Shown: positions 7,381 to 17,816, counted from the first letter of the stretch. The stretch: DNA of 64,000 bases from Microgenomates group bacterium Gr01-1014_7 (GCA_007376405.1 VMGD01000002.1:8159-72158); one strand, 5' to 3'. Numbers and translations: made by a program. The notes: generated by a model not told the origin, from the sequence alone.

Positions 7381-8015
7381 AATCCAAGCAGGCCGGAAAA
7401 TAGCCTTACAAAAAAGCTTAAGATCGTTTGCAGAAGAGAGCTTGAGCCAAAAGGAATTATCAGTAAAAGCATCAGAATTAAGAATCCATATGGTTCAATT
7501 CTCTGGTAGCTTTTAGCCATATTAAGGGGAAGTTGAGAAAGCAGTATTTTTGATCCGTCCAGGGGAGGAATGGGAAATAAATTAAATACTCCCAGAACCA
7601 GGTTAATTACCATGGTATAGCGCAAAAGGCTGCCTACTAATGCAGGAAAAACAAAAGGTATGGCATCAAGGAGATGATAAAGCAAGGCTGCAGCAATGGC
7701 CAGAGTGAAATTAGCCAGAATTCCGGCTGCAGAAACAAACAGTTCTCCCTTTCTGATTCTGGAAAAATTTAGCGGATTAACAGGCACCGGCTTGGCCCAG
7801 CCAAAAAGAATGGGGGAGCCGGTTAAAATTAACAGGCCCGGAAGTAAGATTGTGCCAAAAAGATCTATGTGAGGAATGGGGTTTAAGGTTAATCTGCCTG
7901 CATTTGCGGCGGTTCTGTCCCCAAATTTTAAGGCCACCAGCCCATGCATGACTTCATGGACTATGACTGAGAATAAAAGTATAACAATAGATAAGGCTAG
8001 AAATTCAGGGTTCAT
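7377..8015 (-). CDS. Site-2 protease (M50) family metalloprotease
   Basis: HEVMH and FNLFPIPPLDG motifs; hydrophobic. Confidence 0.92.
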   Translation of the reverse strand: MNPEFLALSIVILLFSVIVHEVMHGLVALKFGDRTAANAGRLTLNPIPHIDLFGTILLPGLLILTGSPILFGWAKPVPVNPLNFSRIRKGELFVSAAGILANFTLAIAAALLYHLLDAIPFVFPALVGSLLRYTMVINLVLGVFNLFPIPPLDGSKILLSQLPLNMAKSYQRIEPYGFLILMLLLIIPFGSSSLLQTILSFFVRLFSGLLGF

Positions 8016-8033
8016 TATGTTATATTATCACAT

Positions 8034-8270
8034 ATGTTAGTTTGCAGTCGATGTGGTAAAGGTAAAAATATAATCGCCTATTCAAGGCACAAAAAGGGTT
8101 CCTCCGGTGCCGGAGGAGTATGGGCTTTGCGTGCCCCAATTCACAAAAGAGTCCAGCTTCCGAATCTGCATGCTTATATGGGCAAAAAATACTGCACCAA
8201 ATGTTTAAGGCTGGTAAAAACCCCTTTTCAAAAAGCTAAAGTAGAAGAGCGACCTCAAGCTCAAGTTTAA
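8034..8270 (+). CDS. rpmB: 50S ribosomal protein L28
   Basis: CSRCGKG...HKRVQLPNL...CTKCLR. Confidence 0.85.
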   Translation: MLVCSRCGKGKNIIAYSRHKKGSSGAGGVWALRAPIHKRVQLPNLHAYMGKKYCTKCLRLVKTPFQKAKVEERPQAQV

Positions 8271-8282
8271 TTTGAAAAGATC

Positions 8283-10157
8283 ATGGCATCTTTAGAAATT
8301 TTAACAGCAGAACTCGAAGCACATTCCAGGGGTGGAGTCAACCCAAATCTTACTGTAGGAGCTCGTAACCGTTCACAAAGAAGAAGCATAAAAGACCCGT
8401 TTGCTCGGGAAGCAGAGTCCTGGCTTGCCAGGGGAAACTCACTTGCTGTTGTACTAAATCGAACTCGAAAGCTATTATATGAGAGTGTAATTTTCTTTGA
8501 GCGAGATATCACAAGAATGATTTATCAAGGCAGTCCATTTATAGGGGAATATTTAAGTGCAATACGCAGGCTTCCTGATTTTTTGGCAGAAGCTTCAATG
8601 GCTAATTTGCGCCTAAACTTTACAACTCCTGAAAGTCTGGCCTCAATTGAAACTCAAAACCTGTTTGAAAGATCGGTTGGTGGAATAACTCTTCTTGATA
8701 TTGAAAGGATGCAACTGCCACTTTCATCGGCAGATATAAGCGGAATTAATAGAATATTTTATCCGAGATTAATTGATAGAGTGATCCCTCATAAACTTAA
8801 TCCTTTTAAGGAGGCAGTTGATCATGGCTTGATTCGCCAAGCTGCCATTTTACTTGCTACCCAAAAAATGGCAAGACTTAATGAAAAAGTTAATATCCCT
8901 TCTAATGTACAATCGCTTTATTCCCGCCTGAGCGCTTATTTTGATTATTATACTCACCTGATGACAGATTTTTCTATGGATCAAGTAGAAGATTCAAATT
9001 TTTGTAATATTTTGCTTTGGGGAAGACCGGGACTGCCTCAGTTTTTAGGTTGCTATATCCCGGGACGTTTAGGGATAACCCCTGCCTCAGCCATAAAGCT
9101 TTTTTATGAAAGAGCTCAGAATTCTTACTTGCCTTTTCTTTATTGGGGATCTGATAGAGCTTTAAGAACTCCAATAGGAATTCTTACAAAAGGTGCAAGG
9201 GATGCTTATCCTGGGAACGGATTGCCTGCTGATTTGCAAAAATATTCACACTTCGATCCTCAAATGGACAAAAGTGCTTCTGAGTGGTTGCTTAAATTTT
9301 ATCAAGGGATTGCAAATGAAACGGCAGAAGAAACAGACAGAAAGTTTTTAGGATTAAGAGAGACTATTTTCCAGGATATCCAAAGCGCTCCATCAAAAAG
9401 ACAGGAGGTTACTTTACCGCAAGAGCATACCATAAGAAGGATTGTCTTAGCAAGACAATATCGCCAAACTTTAATGATAATTTTGCAATTTGCAGATAAC
9501 CAAACTCATCTGACTTTAGAACATGCCATGAATTCACCGGATGGTATTGATAAAGAAGATCATGTTTATGGATGGCCGAGAGAGTTGATCAGAGAAAACC
9601 CTCAACTTACCAGTGTAATAGCTACGGATTTATTAGCCAAAATTGTTCAAGATACTTTAAGAAGGCATCCGGAGCAAGAAGTTAAACCCCGCAGGGTTTT
9701 TCCCGGCGAAGCTACTCTTCCTTATTACATACCAAGTTTTCCCCAAGAGTCGGAGGAGATTCGTTTGCCTGTGCTAACAGGGAAAGGAAGACGACACTTT
9801 CCTAAAATATTAACTCCAATTCAACAAGTCCTTGCAGGAGAACCTAATCCACCAGCCCAAAGAGAAAGATTATTAAGAAAGTTTAGGGTAGATTATTCAA
9901 GGACTCAGATTGAGGAGTTTTTACCCAGGAATGCCCCTCAGAATACAATTGATCAACTTATGAAAGCAATTAGGTCGTTTGAATATGGGAGAGGAAACTT
10001 TAAAAGATTCAAAGAAGATCGTACGGAGGGAGAAAGTTTGTGGGAACTTCGAACAGGAGACTATAGACTTCTTTTAAAACATAAAGAGGGTCAGATTTTT
10101 TCTCTAGAGAAAGTAGGTCATAGAAGGGAAATATTTAGTCAACGGAGGAGAGGCTAA
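8283..10157 (+). CDS. Large hypothetical protein with C-terminal RelE/ParE-like domain
   Basis: 624-aa ORF; C-terminus LWELRTGDYRLL...EKVGHRREIF resembles the RelE motif. Confidence 0.6.
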   Translation: MASLEILTAELEAHSRGGVNPNLTVGARNRSQRRSIKDPFAREAESWLARGNSLAVVLNRTRKLLYESVIFFERDITRMIYQGSPFIGEYLSAIRRLPDFLAEASMANLRLNFTTPESLASIETQNLFERSVGGITLLDIERMQLPLSSADISGINRIFYPRLIDRVIPHKLNPFKEAVDHGLIRQAAILLATQKMARLNEKVNIPSNVQSLYSRLSAYFDYYTHLMTDFSMDQVEDSNFCNILLWGRPGLPQFLGCYIPGRLGITPASAIKLFYERAQNSYLPFLYWGSDRALRTPIGILTKGARDAYPGNGLPADLQKYSHFDPQMDKSASEWLLKFYQGIANETAEETDRKFLGLRETIFQDIQSAPSKRQEVTLPQEHTIRRIVLARQYRQTLMIILQFADNQTHLTLEHAMNSPDGIDKEDHVYGWPRELIRENPQLTSVIATDLLAKIVQDTLRRHPEQEVKPRRVFPGEATLPYYIPSFPQESEEIRLPVLTGKGRRHFPKILTPIQQVLAGEPNPPAQRERLLRKFRVDYSRTQIEEFLPRNAPQNTIDQLMKAIRSFEYGRGNFKRFKEDRTEGESLWELRTGDYRLLLKHKEGQIFSLEKVGHRREIFSQRRRG

Positions 10158-10178
10158 TTATATAAAAATTTGGGAAAA

Positions 10179-10568
10179 TCAGGGTTTAAATCTTTTAATT
10201 TCTTTAATTTTATCCAAGCCTTTATCAAAAGAATAAATAGCTTCAAGCTTTTCCGATTCGCAATATGCTGCTAAATATGCGTCAATAAAGTCAATATTAA
10301 AATTCCGGTAAAAATATAATGTTCTAATAAATAAACTTTTATTTGAGTAAATAGAATTTAGATTTAAGAGATTGTAAATTTTTTCTATTATGTCTTCCCT
10401 GTTGAATTTATAAAAAGATATTAGAACCCAAACTACCTCGGCAATTATCATATCTGATAGGTATAAATTCTCTTCTGAATTTTCTAAAATTGATTTAGCT
10501 TTCTGAAATTGTTTTACATCATCCTTAAGTAAAAAACGCAGTATTAGATTAGCATCAAGAAGTTTCAT
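10179..10568 (-). CDS. PIN-domain (VapC-like) toxin
   Basis: LLDANLILRFL...AEVVWVL...DFIDAY...SFDK. Confidence 0.9.
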   Translation of the reverse strand: MKLLDANLILRFLLKDDVKQFQKAKSILENSEENLYLSDMIIAEVVWVLISFYKFNREDIIEKIYNLLNLNSIYSNKSLFIRTLYFYRNFNIDFIDAYLAAYCESEKLEAIYSFDKGLDKIKEIKRFKP

Positions 10569-10849
10569 TTAAAATTGGGTCTATATTTTTTAGGTAAGGT
10601 TTTAATATATTCGTCTGCTAACATTTTGCCAACTGCTTCAAAAGCTTTTTTCCTATCCCATTTAATATTAGTTTTTAAAGAGCCGGCTAATTCATTTATC
10701 AGCTGACTATTAGTTTTAATTACCAATTGACCATTTATATCTTCAAAAATAATTTTATCACCTGGCTTAATTCCAAATTTTTCTCTCATTTGGTTGGGAA
10801 TAGTGGCCTGACCTTTAGTAGTAACAGTGGAGCTGTACGTATTAAACAT
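10565..10849 (-). CDS. AbrB/MazE/SpoVT-family antitoxin
   Basis: VTTKGQATIP...REKFGIKPGDKIIF. Confidence 0.9.
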   Translation of the reverse strand: MFNTYSSTVTTKGQATIPNQMREKFGIKPGDKIIFEDINGQLVIKTNSQLINELAGSLKTNIKWDRKKAFEAVGKMLADEYIKTLPKKYRPNFK

Positions 10850-10970
10850 AGTATTACTACTATACCATAAGTATTACTTTTTGTCAAGGGTAATACAGGG
10901 CAAAAATTTGACATTTGCCTTTTTTTTTTGCTATAAATGAAGAGAAATTTTGGGAGGTGACATTAAGTTT

Positions 10971-11198
10971 ATGGGGGAAAAAGATAAGAAATATTATCCG
11001 AGTGAACCTTATACTGGTTTAAAGCAAAAGGCAATCAGAGATACGTATAGAGATTTATCACCGGACGAAAAAGTACTGGTGGATAGGTTACTTTATAGAG
11101 TGTTGGACTTACATATAAGAAACATGGGGATTGTGTCCGCGCTTGAGATTGTTGGGTCGATTGCTATTACGCTGGTAGAAAATCCTCAGTTAAAGTAA
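10971..11198 (+). CDS. Hypothetical protein
   Basis: ORF with GGAGGTG SD-like sequence and an upstream TTGACA/TATAAA promoter. Confidence 0.55.
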   Translation: MGEKDKKYYPSEPYTGLKQKAIRDTYRDLSPDEKVLVDRLLYRVLDLHIRNMGIVSALEIVGSIAITLVENPQLK

Positions 11199-12062
11199 GT
11201 TTGGAAAATCGGGGTAGCCGTTCCGGAAATCTTTTAAGGGGATTGGTTTTTTTCCTTCCATTTGTATCAATCCACCCGGCAGGAACTTGACTATCTTACC
11301 TTCCCACTTAGTCCATGCTCCTGGCCAGGGATAGTAAGCTCGAATTATTCTATCCAGAGTTTCAGAGTCAGGAGGCTTTTCAATATCAAAATACCCATCT
11401 TCTTTTTTCATCATCTTACAGTAGGTTGCCTTTTCATGGTCTTGTTCCATAAGTTTTATCTTTCCTGATACAAAATCAGGGATAATATCAATTAAAATCT
11501 CTGCTCCAAGTCGAAACAATTTATTGATCAATTCTAGAAGTGTCTCTTGTCCTGATAAGCTAATCTCTTTCATAATAACAACGGGTCCGTGATCCATTTT
11601 TTCATCCATTTTAATAATGGTCACCCCTGTTTGTTTATCTTCGTTTAAAATGGTAGCAGGTACAGGTGAAGCCCCCCTGTATTTTGGTAAAAGTGATGGA
11701 TGGACATTTAATGACCCAAACTCTGGAAGGTCAAGCAAGACTCGAGGCAGAATTTGTCCATAAGAAGCCACAACAAACAAATCACACCGGGAATTTTCAT
11801 CTAGTTTATCCGGGGTTAGTACTGGGACACCCAGTTTTTGGGCTTCTATCTGGATGGCAGAATCTGGGGCAGTTACTACTGATACTACCTCAAAATTTTG
11901 CTCCAGAGCCTGCAAGATTGGAATTACGAAACTATCAGATCCAAAGAATATGATTGTAATTTTCTTAAGTTTAATTTTACCTAAATACTTTCTGACCTGC
12001 CCTTCGTCAATTGGAATAATATCTAAAATGGGAATAATTTGTGGATATTGTAATTGTTTCAT
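11190..12062 (-). CDS. fmt: Methionyl-tRNA formyltransferase
   Basis: IIFFGS, VASYGQIL, NVHPSLLPKYRGASP, MDHGP; follows def. Confidence 0.93.
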   Translation of the reverse strand: MKQLQYPQIIPILDIIPIDEGQVRKYLGKIKLKKITIIFFGSDSFVIPILQALEQNFEVVSVVTAPDSAIQIEAQKLGVPVLTPDKLDENSRCDLFVVASYGQILPRVLLDLPEFGSLNVHPSLLPKYRGASPVPATILNEDKQTGVTIIKMDEKMDHGPVVIMKEISLSGQETLLELINKLFRLGAEILIDIIPDFVSGKIKLMEQDHEKATYCKMMKKEDGYFDIEKPPDSETLDRIIRAYYPWPGAWTKWEGKIVKFLPGGLIQMEGKKPIPLKDFRNGYPDFPNLL

Positions 12063-12637
12063 AAAGTCACTTCCTCAAAAATATCTGTGCCGGTTTTATC
12101 TTTTCCTTTAAATTTATAAAACTTGCCCTTTTGCTGCAGGACCCTTTCCGTAAATAATATTCCATCCAAATGATCCACTTCATGCTGGAATATCCAGGCA
12201 GGAATTCCTGTTAGGGTTTTCTTTATAACATTTCCCTTTATATCCTGATAATCAACATTTATAGAGGTATGTCTTCTAACTTGACCCCAAATAGTTGGAA
12301 TGGAAAGACAGCCTTCAAAATAAGATTTTGTGCCTTTTGAGGAGGATAGAATTTTGGGGTTTATAATAGCCACAAACTCTTTATCATACCCTGCCCATCT
12401 TGATTTGCGCTTGGCAGGCTCTGAAGGAGGGATTTTCTTTGCAGTCAGCAGACGGGCCACAAAAAATCTTTCTTCAAGGCCGATTTGGGTTGCTGCCAAA
12501 CCAACACCCTCAGGTTCTTTAAAGGTTTTAGTAAGCTTAATCATATCTTTCAGGGTTTGGTAAAGTCTCGGTTTTATTTTTTTAACCGGTTTGGTTTGTA
12601 TTCGCAAAGCCGGATTAGGTGCGTGAATAATTTGCAT
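12059..12637 (-). CDS. def: Peptide deformylase
   Basis: GVGLAATQIG, EGCLS, QHEVDHLDG. Confidence 0.96.
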   Translation of the reverse strand: MQIIHAPNPALRIQTKPVKKIKPRLYQTLKDMIKLTKTFKEPEGVGLAATQIGLEERFFVARLLTAKKIPPSEPAKRKSRWAGYDKEFVAIINPKILSSSKGTKSYFEGCLSIPTIWGQVRRHTSINVDYQDIKGNVIKKTLTGIPAWIFQHEVDHLDGILFTERVLQQKGKFYKFKGKDKTGTDIFEEVTL

Positions 12638-12654
12638 AGGGAAATTTTAGCATA

Positions 12655-12912
12655 TTAACCCTTCAGCTGCTTAAGTCTCCACATGAAGACTCGGGCTTTG
12701 TTTTTGGCTCCATAATAACCTTTGGTAAAATTTAGCACTTCTTCCAGGATTTTTCTGTCTACTTCTTTGGCCAGTTTTATATACAGGGAATAATGTTTGG
12801 TATCAGCCAGGCTTTCAGCCAGATACACCCCATATTCCTGAAATTCATAAGCAATATTTTTGGGCCTGTCTTTAAATCTGGTTTCAGCAATAGCTGTTTT
12901 AATTGACTTCAT
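12655..12912 (-). CDS. Conserved-looking hypothetical protein
   Basis: ORF coupled to the upstream gene; EFQEYG...SLYIKLAK...VFMW. No function recognised. Confidence 0.6.
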   Translation of the reverse strand: MKSIKTAIAETRFKDRPKNIAYEFQEYGVYLAESLADTKHYSLYIKLAKEVDRKILEEVLNFTKGYYGAKNKARVFMWRLKQLKG

Positions 12913-14836
12913 CAAGTTGCGCCTTTGCTTCAAGATAATTTGGTTTTAAGTTTATAGCCTTTTTTAGTTCTAAAACTGCCTCCTCTTTTTTGCCCAAAGA
13001 TTCTAAAATTAAAGCTTTATTGTAATAAAGCTTAGGGTCTGTTGGAGCAAGTCTTATTGCTTTATCTAAGGTCTCCAAAGTTTTGTTAAAATCAGCAAGT
13101 TCAAAATATGTCCTGACAGCAGTTCTCCAAAATGAAACGTTCTTAGGGCTTTGTTTTAAGACAGAATTTGTTTGAATGATTGCCTCGTCTTTTAAAGCAG
13201 CAGATAACGTGGCATCTGAATCCTCCAGGGCTGCAGCCGCAGCTGCAGCAGAGTAGGCCAGCTCGCTTCTATAAAAGGGCTCATTTTTGTTTAACTCTGA
13301 AGCTAAACTCAATAAGTTGTATGCTCTTCCTGGGTTGCCTCCCTCCGATGCCTTTTGCCCTCTGGAAAAAATGGTATCGGCATACCAGAGCTGGAAGATA
13401 GAAAATAGAAGGTAGAAGATAGAAAAAATTACAAAGCCTTTGGCGGCTTTGGTATAAAGAGGACGGCGGTAGAGGAAGGGTATAGGGTATAGGGTATAGG
13501 GTATAGTTGAATTCGTGGCAACAAAAGCAAGAGCGGGAAAGAGGTAGAAAAAGACAGCAATGATAACTACGGAAAAAAGAAAGAAGTTGTAGATTAAATA
13601 GCTAATATAGCTTGCCAGAAGGGTTATAGCTAGTAGATTCCTGGTCCTGAATTTTTTTAGTATAACACTTATAAACGTTATAATTATTATACTAAGAGAG
13701 CCGAGGCCCAGTATTCCCGTCGTAGCCAGATAATTTAGGTACTCATTATGGGCTTTATTATACAAAAAGTCCCATTCGCTGGTTAAATTATGGGAAGCAG
13801 GCCTAAACTGGTAATAAGAGTAAGCAAAAGTTTCCAAACCTGAGCCAAAAAGGGGAAAGTGCTTAAATATATCCAAAGCTCCCTGCCAGACAATAAACCT
13901 GATCTGGCCGGATTCGGTTCCGCCGTTTTCCAGTTGGGTAACGGATGATGGCGGCAGGGCAATTGTTGGTCTGACAGGAGCAGCAAATTTGGAAACCAGC
14001 CTGAAATTAGTTAAGGCTGACCCAAACAGCAAATTGATTAGAAAGAAAGCAGCAAGGATTAAGAATAATGGTTTCTTATACCCATGCCGGGTATGGGTTG
14101 AATTGACATAGACGGATAAAAACACAATCAGTCCTCCAATTAGTCCCAATGTTGGCCCTCTGGAATAAGTGAAGGTGAAAGCCAAGTACATGGTGATAAG
14201 TGATAAGAAATAAGCAATACGTTGATTTTTTGTTATGGCAGTCAGAGAAAAATACAAAGTAGGGAATATTAACATGGCAAGATATGCAGCCATCCAGTTG
14301 GGTTGGCCCAGGGTGGCAAAAACCCGGGCCTGCACATCCTGTACCCAACACGTTGCATTAAATTCTCCGCGCAAAATTACGCAAGATGGGGAAACTCCAA
14401 AGTGTTCCGCTATACCCCAGAGGGAAATAATAACTGCCGAGGTAATACCAAATTTTAAAATAGTTAATACTTTTTCTTTATCCATATTGGAAACAAAAGC
14501 AAAGTATAATAATAGGTAGGAAATAATGGACAGTAAGCCTCCGTTGGACCTTGAATAATAACCCCAGATAGAAGTATGTGGGTCAATGGAAAATACTGTT
14601 GATAAGATGTTTGCACCTAAAAATAAAAGTAGAGGGATATCCAAAGGAGTATGATTAAAGATTAAAGATTTATGATTGATGATTTTTAAGAGCCAGCATC
14701 CCATTATGATCACTGTAAATCCATAAGTTAAAATCATCTTGTTATATTCAAAAAGCTCGTAATTTAGGGAGGTCCAAAAAAGCGGAACTAATGCAAAAAG
14801 TGCGTAGAAAGAGTAAGTAATAACTTTATCAAGCAT
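12899..14836 (-). CDS. O-antigen ligase/polymerase-like membrane protein with C-terminal TPRs
   Basis: Multi-TM; ATLGQPN, TYSRG, RFIVW, AHNEYL motifs; TPR-like tail. Confidence 0.85.
   Translation of the reverse strand: MLDKVITYSFYALFALVPLFWTSLNYELFEYNKMILTYGFTVIIMGCWLLKIINHKSLIFNHTPLDIPLLLFLGANILSTVFSIDPHTSIWGYYSRSNGGLLSIISYLLLYFAFVSNMDKEKVLTILKFGITSAVIISLWGIAEHFGVSPSCVILRGEFNATCWVQDVQARVFATLGQPNWMAAYLAMLIFPTLYFSLTAITKNQRIAYFLSLITMYLAFTFTYSRGPTLGLIGGLIVFLSVYVNSTHTRHGYKKPLFLILAAFFLINLLFGSALTNFRLVSKFAAPVRPTIALPPSSVTQLENGGTESGQIRFIVWQGALDIFKHFPLFGSGLETFAYSYYQFRPASHNLTSEWDFLYNKAHNEYLNYLATTGILGLGSLSIIIITFISVILKKFRTRNLLAITLLASYISYLIYNFFLFSVVIIAVFFYLFPALAFVATNSTIPYTLYPIPFLYRRPLYTKAAKGFVIFSIFYLLFSIFQLWYADTIFSRGQKASEGGNPGRAYNLLSLASELNKNEPFYRSELAYSAAAAAAALEDSDATLSAALKDEAIIQTNSVLKQSPKNVSFWRTAVRTYFELADFNKTLETLDKAIRLAPTDPKLYYNKALILESLGKKEEAVLELKKAINLKPNYLEAKAQLDEVN
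13477..13506 (+). repeat. Heptamer tandem repeat (AGGGTAT)x4 inside the O-antigen ligase-like CDS
   Basis: Read directly from the sequence. Confidence 0.9.
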
Positions 14837-14935
14837 ATTTTAGTGTATAGCGACTAGGGTATAGGGTTTAGATAAAAAAATCAACTATACCCTAACCCCT
14901 AGACCCTAAACCCTGCCGTATGTTAAACTCGCTTC

Positions 14936-16000
14936 ATGTTGAATAAGCTTTGGAGTTATTTTGCCCATGATGTGGGTATAGATTTGGGTACAGTTAATAC
15001 TCTGGTTTTAGTTAAAGGTAAAGGAATAGTAATCAGAGAACCAACTGTGGTGGCACTTCATAAAAAAACCAGACAAATTCTGGCCATAGGCGGGGAAGCC
15101 AAAAGAATGCTGGGTAGAACTCCCGCGGCAATTGAGGCGGTTAGGCCTCTGCGCGACGGGGTAATTTCCGATTTTGACACCACTGAGGCTATGCTTCGCT
15201 ATTTTATTCACAAAGTTCATGACAGTCCCTCAAAGGGTAGATTTTCTTTGCCCAAAATTCCCAAGCCCAGAGTGGTGGTGGGGATCCCCTCGGGTGTGAC
15301 AGAAGTGGAAAGAAGAGCTGTTCAGGATGCCTGTTTGTCAGCCGGAGCAAGAGAGGCTTTTTTAATTGAAGAACCAATGGCCGCGGCAATTGGGGCAAAA
15401 CTGCCGGTGGAGGAGCCGGAAGGGGTGATGGTGGCGGATATTGGAGGGGGCACCACGGAAATTGCAGTGATTTCCCTGGGAGGTATGGTTTTAAACAGAT
15501 CTTTGCGGGTGGCCGGGGATGAGATGGATGAGGCAATTGTTTCTTATATGCGGGTGAGATACGGTATGCTGATTGGAGAAAGAACTGCCGAGGATGTAAA
15601 AATTGAAATCGGTTCAGCTTACCCTTTGGAAAAACATGATTCGGCCGCCACGGTAATCCGGGGCAGAGATTTGGCCTCCGGTTTGCCAAAATCCATTAAA
15701 GTCACTGCTTCAGAAATAAGGGAGGCCTTAACTCCGATTGTCTCCCAAATTATCTCAAGCATACATGAAGTTTTAGAGGAGACTCCGCCCGAGCTTTTAA
15801 CAGATATAGTGGAGCGGGGGATATATCTGGCAGGAGGTGGAGCGCTTATCAAGGGTTTGGATAAAAGAATTGCCGAAGAAACCAAACTGCCGGTGTATGT
15901 TGCAGATGATCCGTTAACAACGGTAGTTAGAGGCTGCGGTGAAGTATTAGACAATCTGGATTTATTATCAAAGGTAAAAGTGACAGGTGGACTTCGTTAG
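14936..16000 (+). CDS. mreB: Rod shape-determining protein MreB
   Basis: GIDLGTVNT, EEPMAAAIG, DIGGGTTE. Confidence 0.97.
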   Translation: MLNKLWSYFAHDVGIDLGTVNTLVLVKGKGIVIREPTVVALHKKTRQILAIGGEAKRMLGRTPAAIEAVRPLRDGVISDFDTTEAMLRYFIHKVHDSPSKGRFSLPKIPKPRVVVGIPSGVTEVERRAVQDACLSAGAREAFLIEEPMAAAIGAKLPVEEPEGVMVADIGGGTTEIAVISLGGMVLNRSLRVAGDEMDEAIVSYMRVRYGMLIGERTAEDVKIEIGSAYPLEKHDSAATVIRGRDLASGLPKSIKVTASEIREALTPIVSQIISSIHEVLEETPPELLTDIVERGIYLAGGGALIKGLDKRIAEETKLPVYVADDPLTTVVRGCGEVLDNLDLLSKVKVTGGLR

Positions 16001-16047
16001 TTGACAGTACTAAGGCGTATGTTATAATTATGTTATAACACGAGGAG

Positions 16048-16308
16048 GTGAAGTATATGTTACAAAAGGTTCTACAGGTAGGAAATTCTGCTGCTGTGAC
16101 TATTCCGGCACCTTTTTTGAGTGATCTTGGGCTTATGGTTGGAGATCGTGTTGAAGTGAGAGCTACCAAAAGACCCGTTAAGATTGAAATTATTCCTTCG
16201 AAAAAGATTTTAAGAAAAGCTTCGGGTATAACTCCGGAATTTGCCGACTCTGTTGAAGAATTTATTAAAGAATACAGACCTGTCTTAGAGGAGCTTGCCA
16301 GAAGATGA
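16048..16308 (+). CDS. AbrB/MazE-family antitoxin
   Basis: KVLQVGNSAAVTIP...GDRVEV; coupled to a Doc-like gene. Confidence 0.85.
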   Translation: MKYMLQKVLQVGNSAAVTIPAPFLSDLGLMVGDRVEVRATKRPVKIEIIPSKKILRKASGITPEFADSVEEFIKEYRPVLEELARR

Positions 16309-16700
16309 AAAGAGTAAAATACCTGACTCCGGAACAGGCAATTTTTTATCAGCAAAAAATTATTAAGGAAACAGGTGGAAGTTTGGGCTTAAGAGATTTG
16401 GGACTTCTGGAATCAGCTATTAATCGCCCAAAGGCTACATTTGACAGAAAAGATTTATACCCCAAGATATTAGATAAAGCAGCTGCTCTTTTCCACTCAA
16501 TGATTTTAAACCATCCGTTTCTTGACGGAAATAAACGGACAGCGTTAGCTATTTTATATGAATTTTTAAAACAAAATGGCTATAAACTTAAAGCCACCGA
16601 AAAAGAATTGATAGAATTTCCACTGAAAATAGAGAGAAAGGATATGGATATGGAAGAAATTGCCAAATGGTTAAAGGGACATGTTAAAAAGTTAAGGTAG
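16305..16700 (+). CDS. Doc/Fic-family toxin
   Basis: GLRDLGLLESAINRP, HPFLDGNKRTA. Confidence 0.92.
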   Translation: MKRVKYLTPEQAIFYQQKIIKETGGSLGLRDLGLLESAINRPKATFDRKDLYPKILDKAAALFHSMILNHPFLDGNKRTALAILYEFLKQNGYKLKATEKELIEFPLKIERKDMDMEEIAKWLKGHVKKLR

Positions 16701-16709
16701 TGTGGTAAA

Positions 16710-17816
16710 ATGCCGGTAATGCTGCAAACTCCTTTTTATGATCCGGGGAAGACTTATGATGAAAATTATAACTATGGTCCATATGGTGCTTTTGCAGACG
16801 GTAAAGATTTAAGAACTAATGAAATTCCAAAAATTGATTTTTTAGGATTTAAGATTAATACTCCGTTTGGAATCCCTGCAGGGCCTCTTTTAAATGCTAA
16901 ATTCTGTAAGGCTGCTTTTGAAAAAGGATTTGATGTTATCCATTATAAAACCAGAAGAAGTAGGGTTTTTCCCACAAACCAGTGGCCTAATGTTTTGTTT
17001 GTGGATGTGCCGGGGGATTTAACCCCGCTAGGCGGGGCTAAAAAACCCTTACTCGGATCAAAAACTACTAACAAAAACCCCACACATTTTAGTATTACCA
17101 ACTCTTTTGGTAACCCTTCCCCCGATCCGGATATTTGGCAGGAAGATATGAAAAAAGCAGTTGAGGCAGAAGGCCCGGGTCAGCTGCTGGTAGCTTCTGT
17201 TGTCGGGACAATCAAAAAGGGGTTTTCGGAAGAGGATTATTTTGATGATTTTGCAAAGTCTGCAAAACTTGCCAAAGAGACAGGAGTCAAGGTAATAGAG
17301 TTAAATTTGTCTTGTCCAAATGTGGCCAATGAGGGGATTATATGTTATGACCTGGAGGCTGTTGAGCGCATCTGTAGAAAAAGTAAGGGATCTGTTGGGG
17401 ATATGCCGCTTCTTATAAAATTGGGTTATTTTTCTCCTGAGGAGCAAAACCTCTTGGAAAATATTGTCAAAAGCATACTTCCATATATTTCCGGCATTGC
17501 TGCCATTAATACTATTCCTGCACCAGTGGTTGATGAAAACGGTAAGCAGGCTTTACCGGGATCTCCTGCAAGGCTGGTGGCTGGAATTTGCGGCGCTTCT
17601 ATTAAATGGGCAGGGCTGGAAATGGTTAAGAGATTAAACCTGATCAAAAAAAAATTAAAATCCAACTTTGCCATAATTGGAGTGGGAGGGGTAATGAAGC
17701 CCGCAGACTATTTTGAATATAGAAAATTTGGCTCGGATTTAGTTCAGTCGGCCACCGGAGCAATGTGGAATCCATATCTGGCACAAGAAGTCAAAAGGAG
17801 GCTAAAGACTCTTTGA
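16710..17816 (+). CDS. pyrD: Dihydroorotate dehydrogenase-family flavoprotein
   Basis: ELNLSCPN, AINT, IIGVGGV motifs; next to pyrE and pyrF. Confidence 0.75.
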   Translation: MPVMLQTPFYDPGKTYDENYNYGPYGAFADGKDLRTNEIPKIDFLGFKINTPFGIPAGPLLNAKFCKAAFEKGFDVIHYKTRRSRVFPTNQWPNVLFVDVPGDLTPLGGAKKPLLGSKTTNKNPTHFSITNSFGNPSPDPDIWQEDMKKAVEAEGPGQLLVASVVGTIKKGFSEEDYFDDFAKSAKLAKETGVKVIELNLSCPNVANEGIICYDLEAVERICRKSKGSVGDMPLLIKLGYFSPEEQNLLENIVKSILPYISGIAAINTIPAPVVDENGKQALPGSPARLVAGICGASIKWAGLEMVKRLNLIKKKLKSNFAIIGVGGVMKPADYFEYRKFGSDLVQSATGAMWNPYLAQEVKRRLKTL

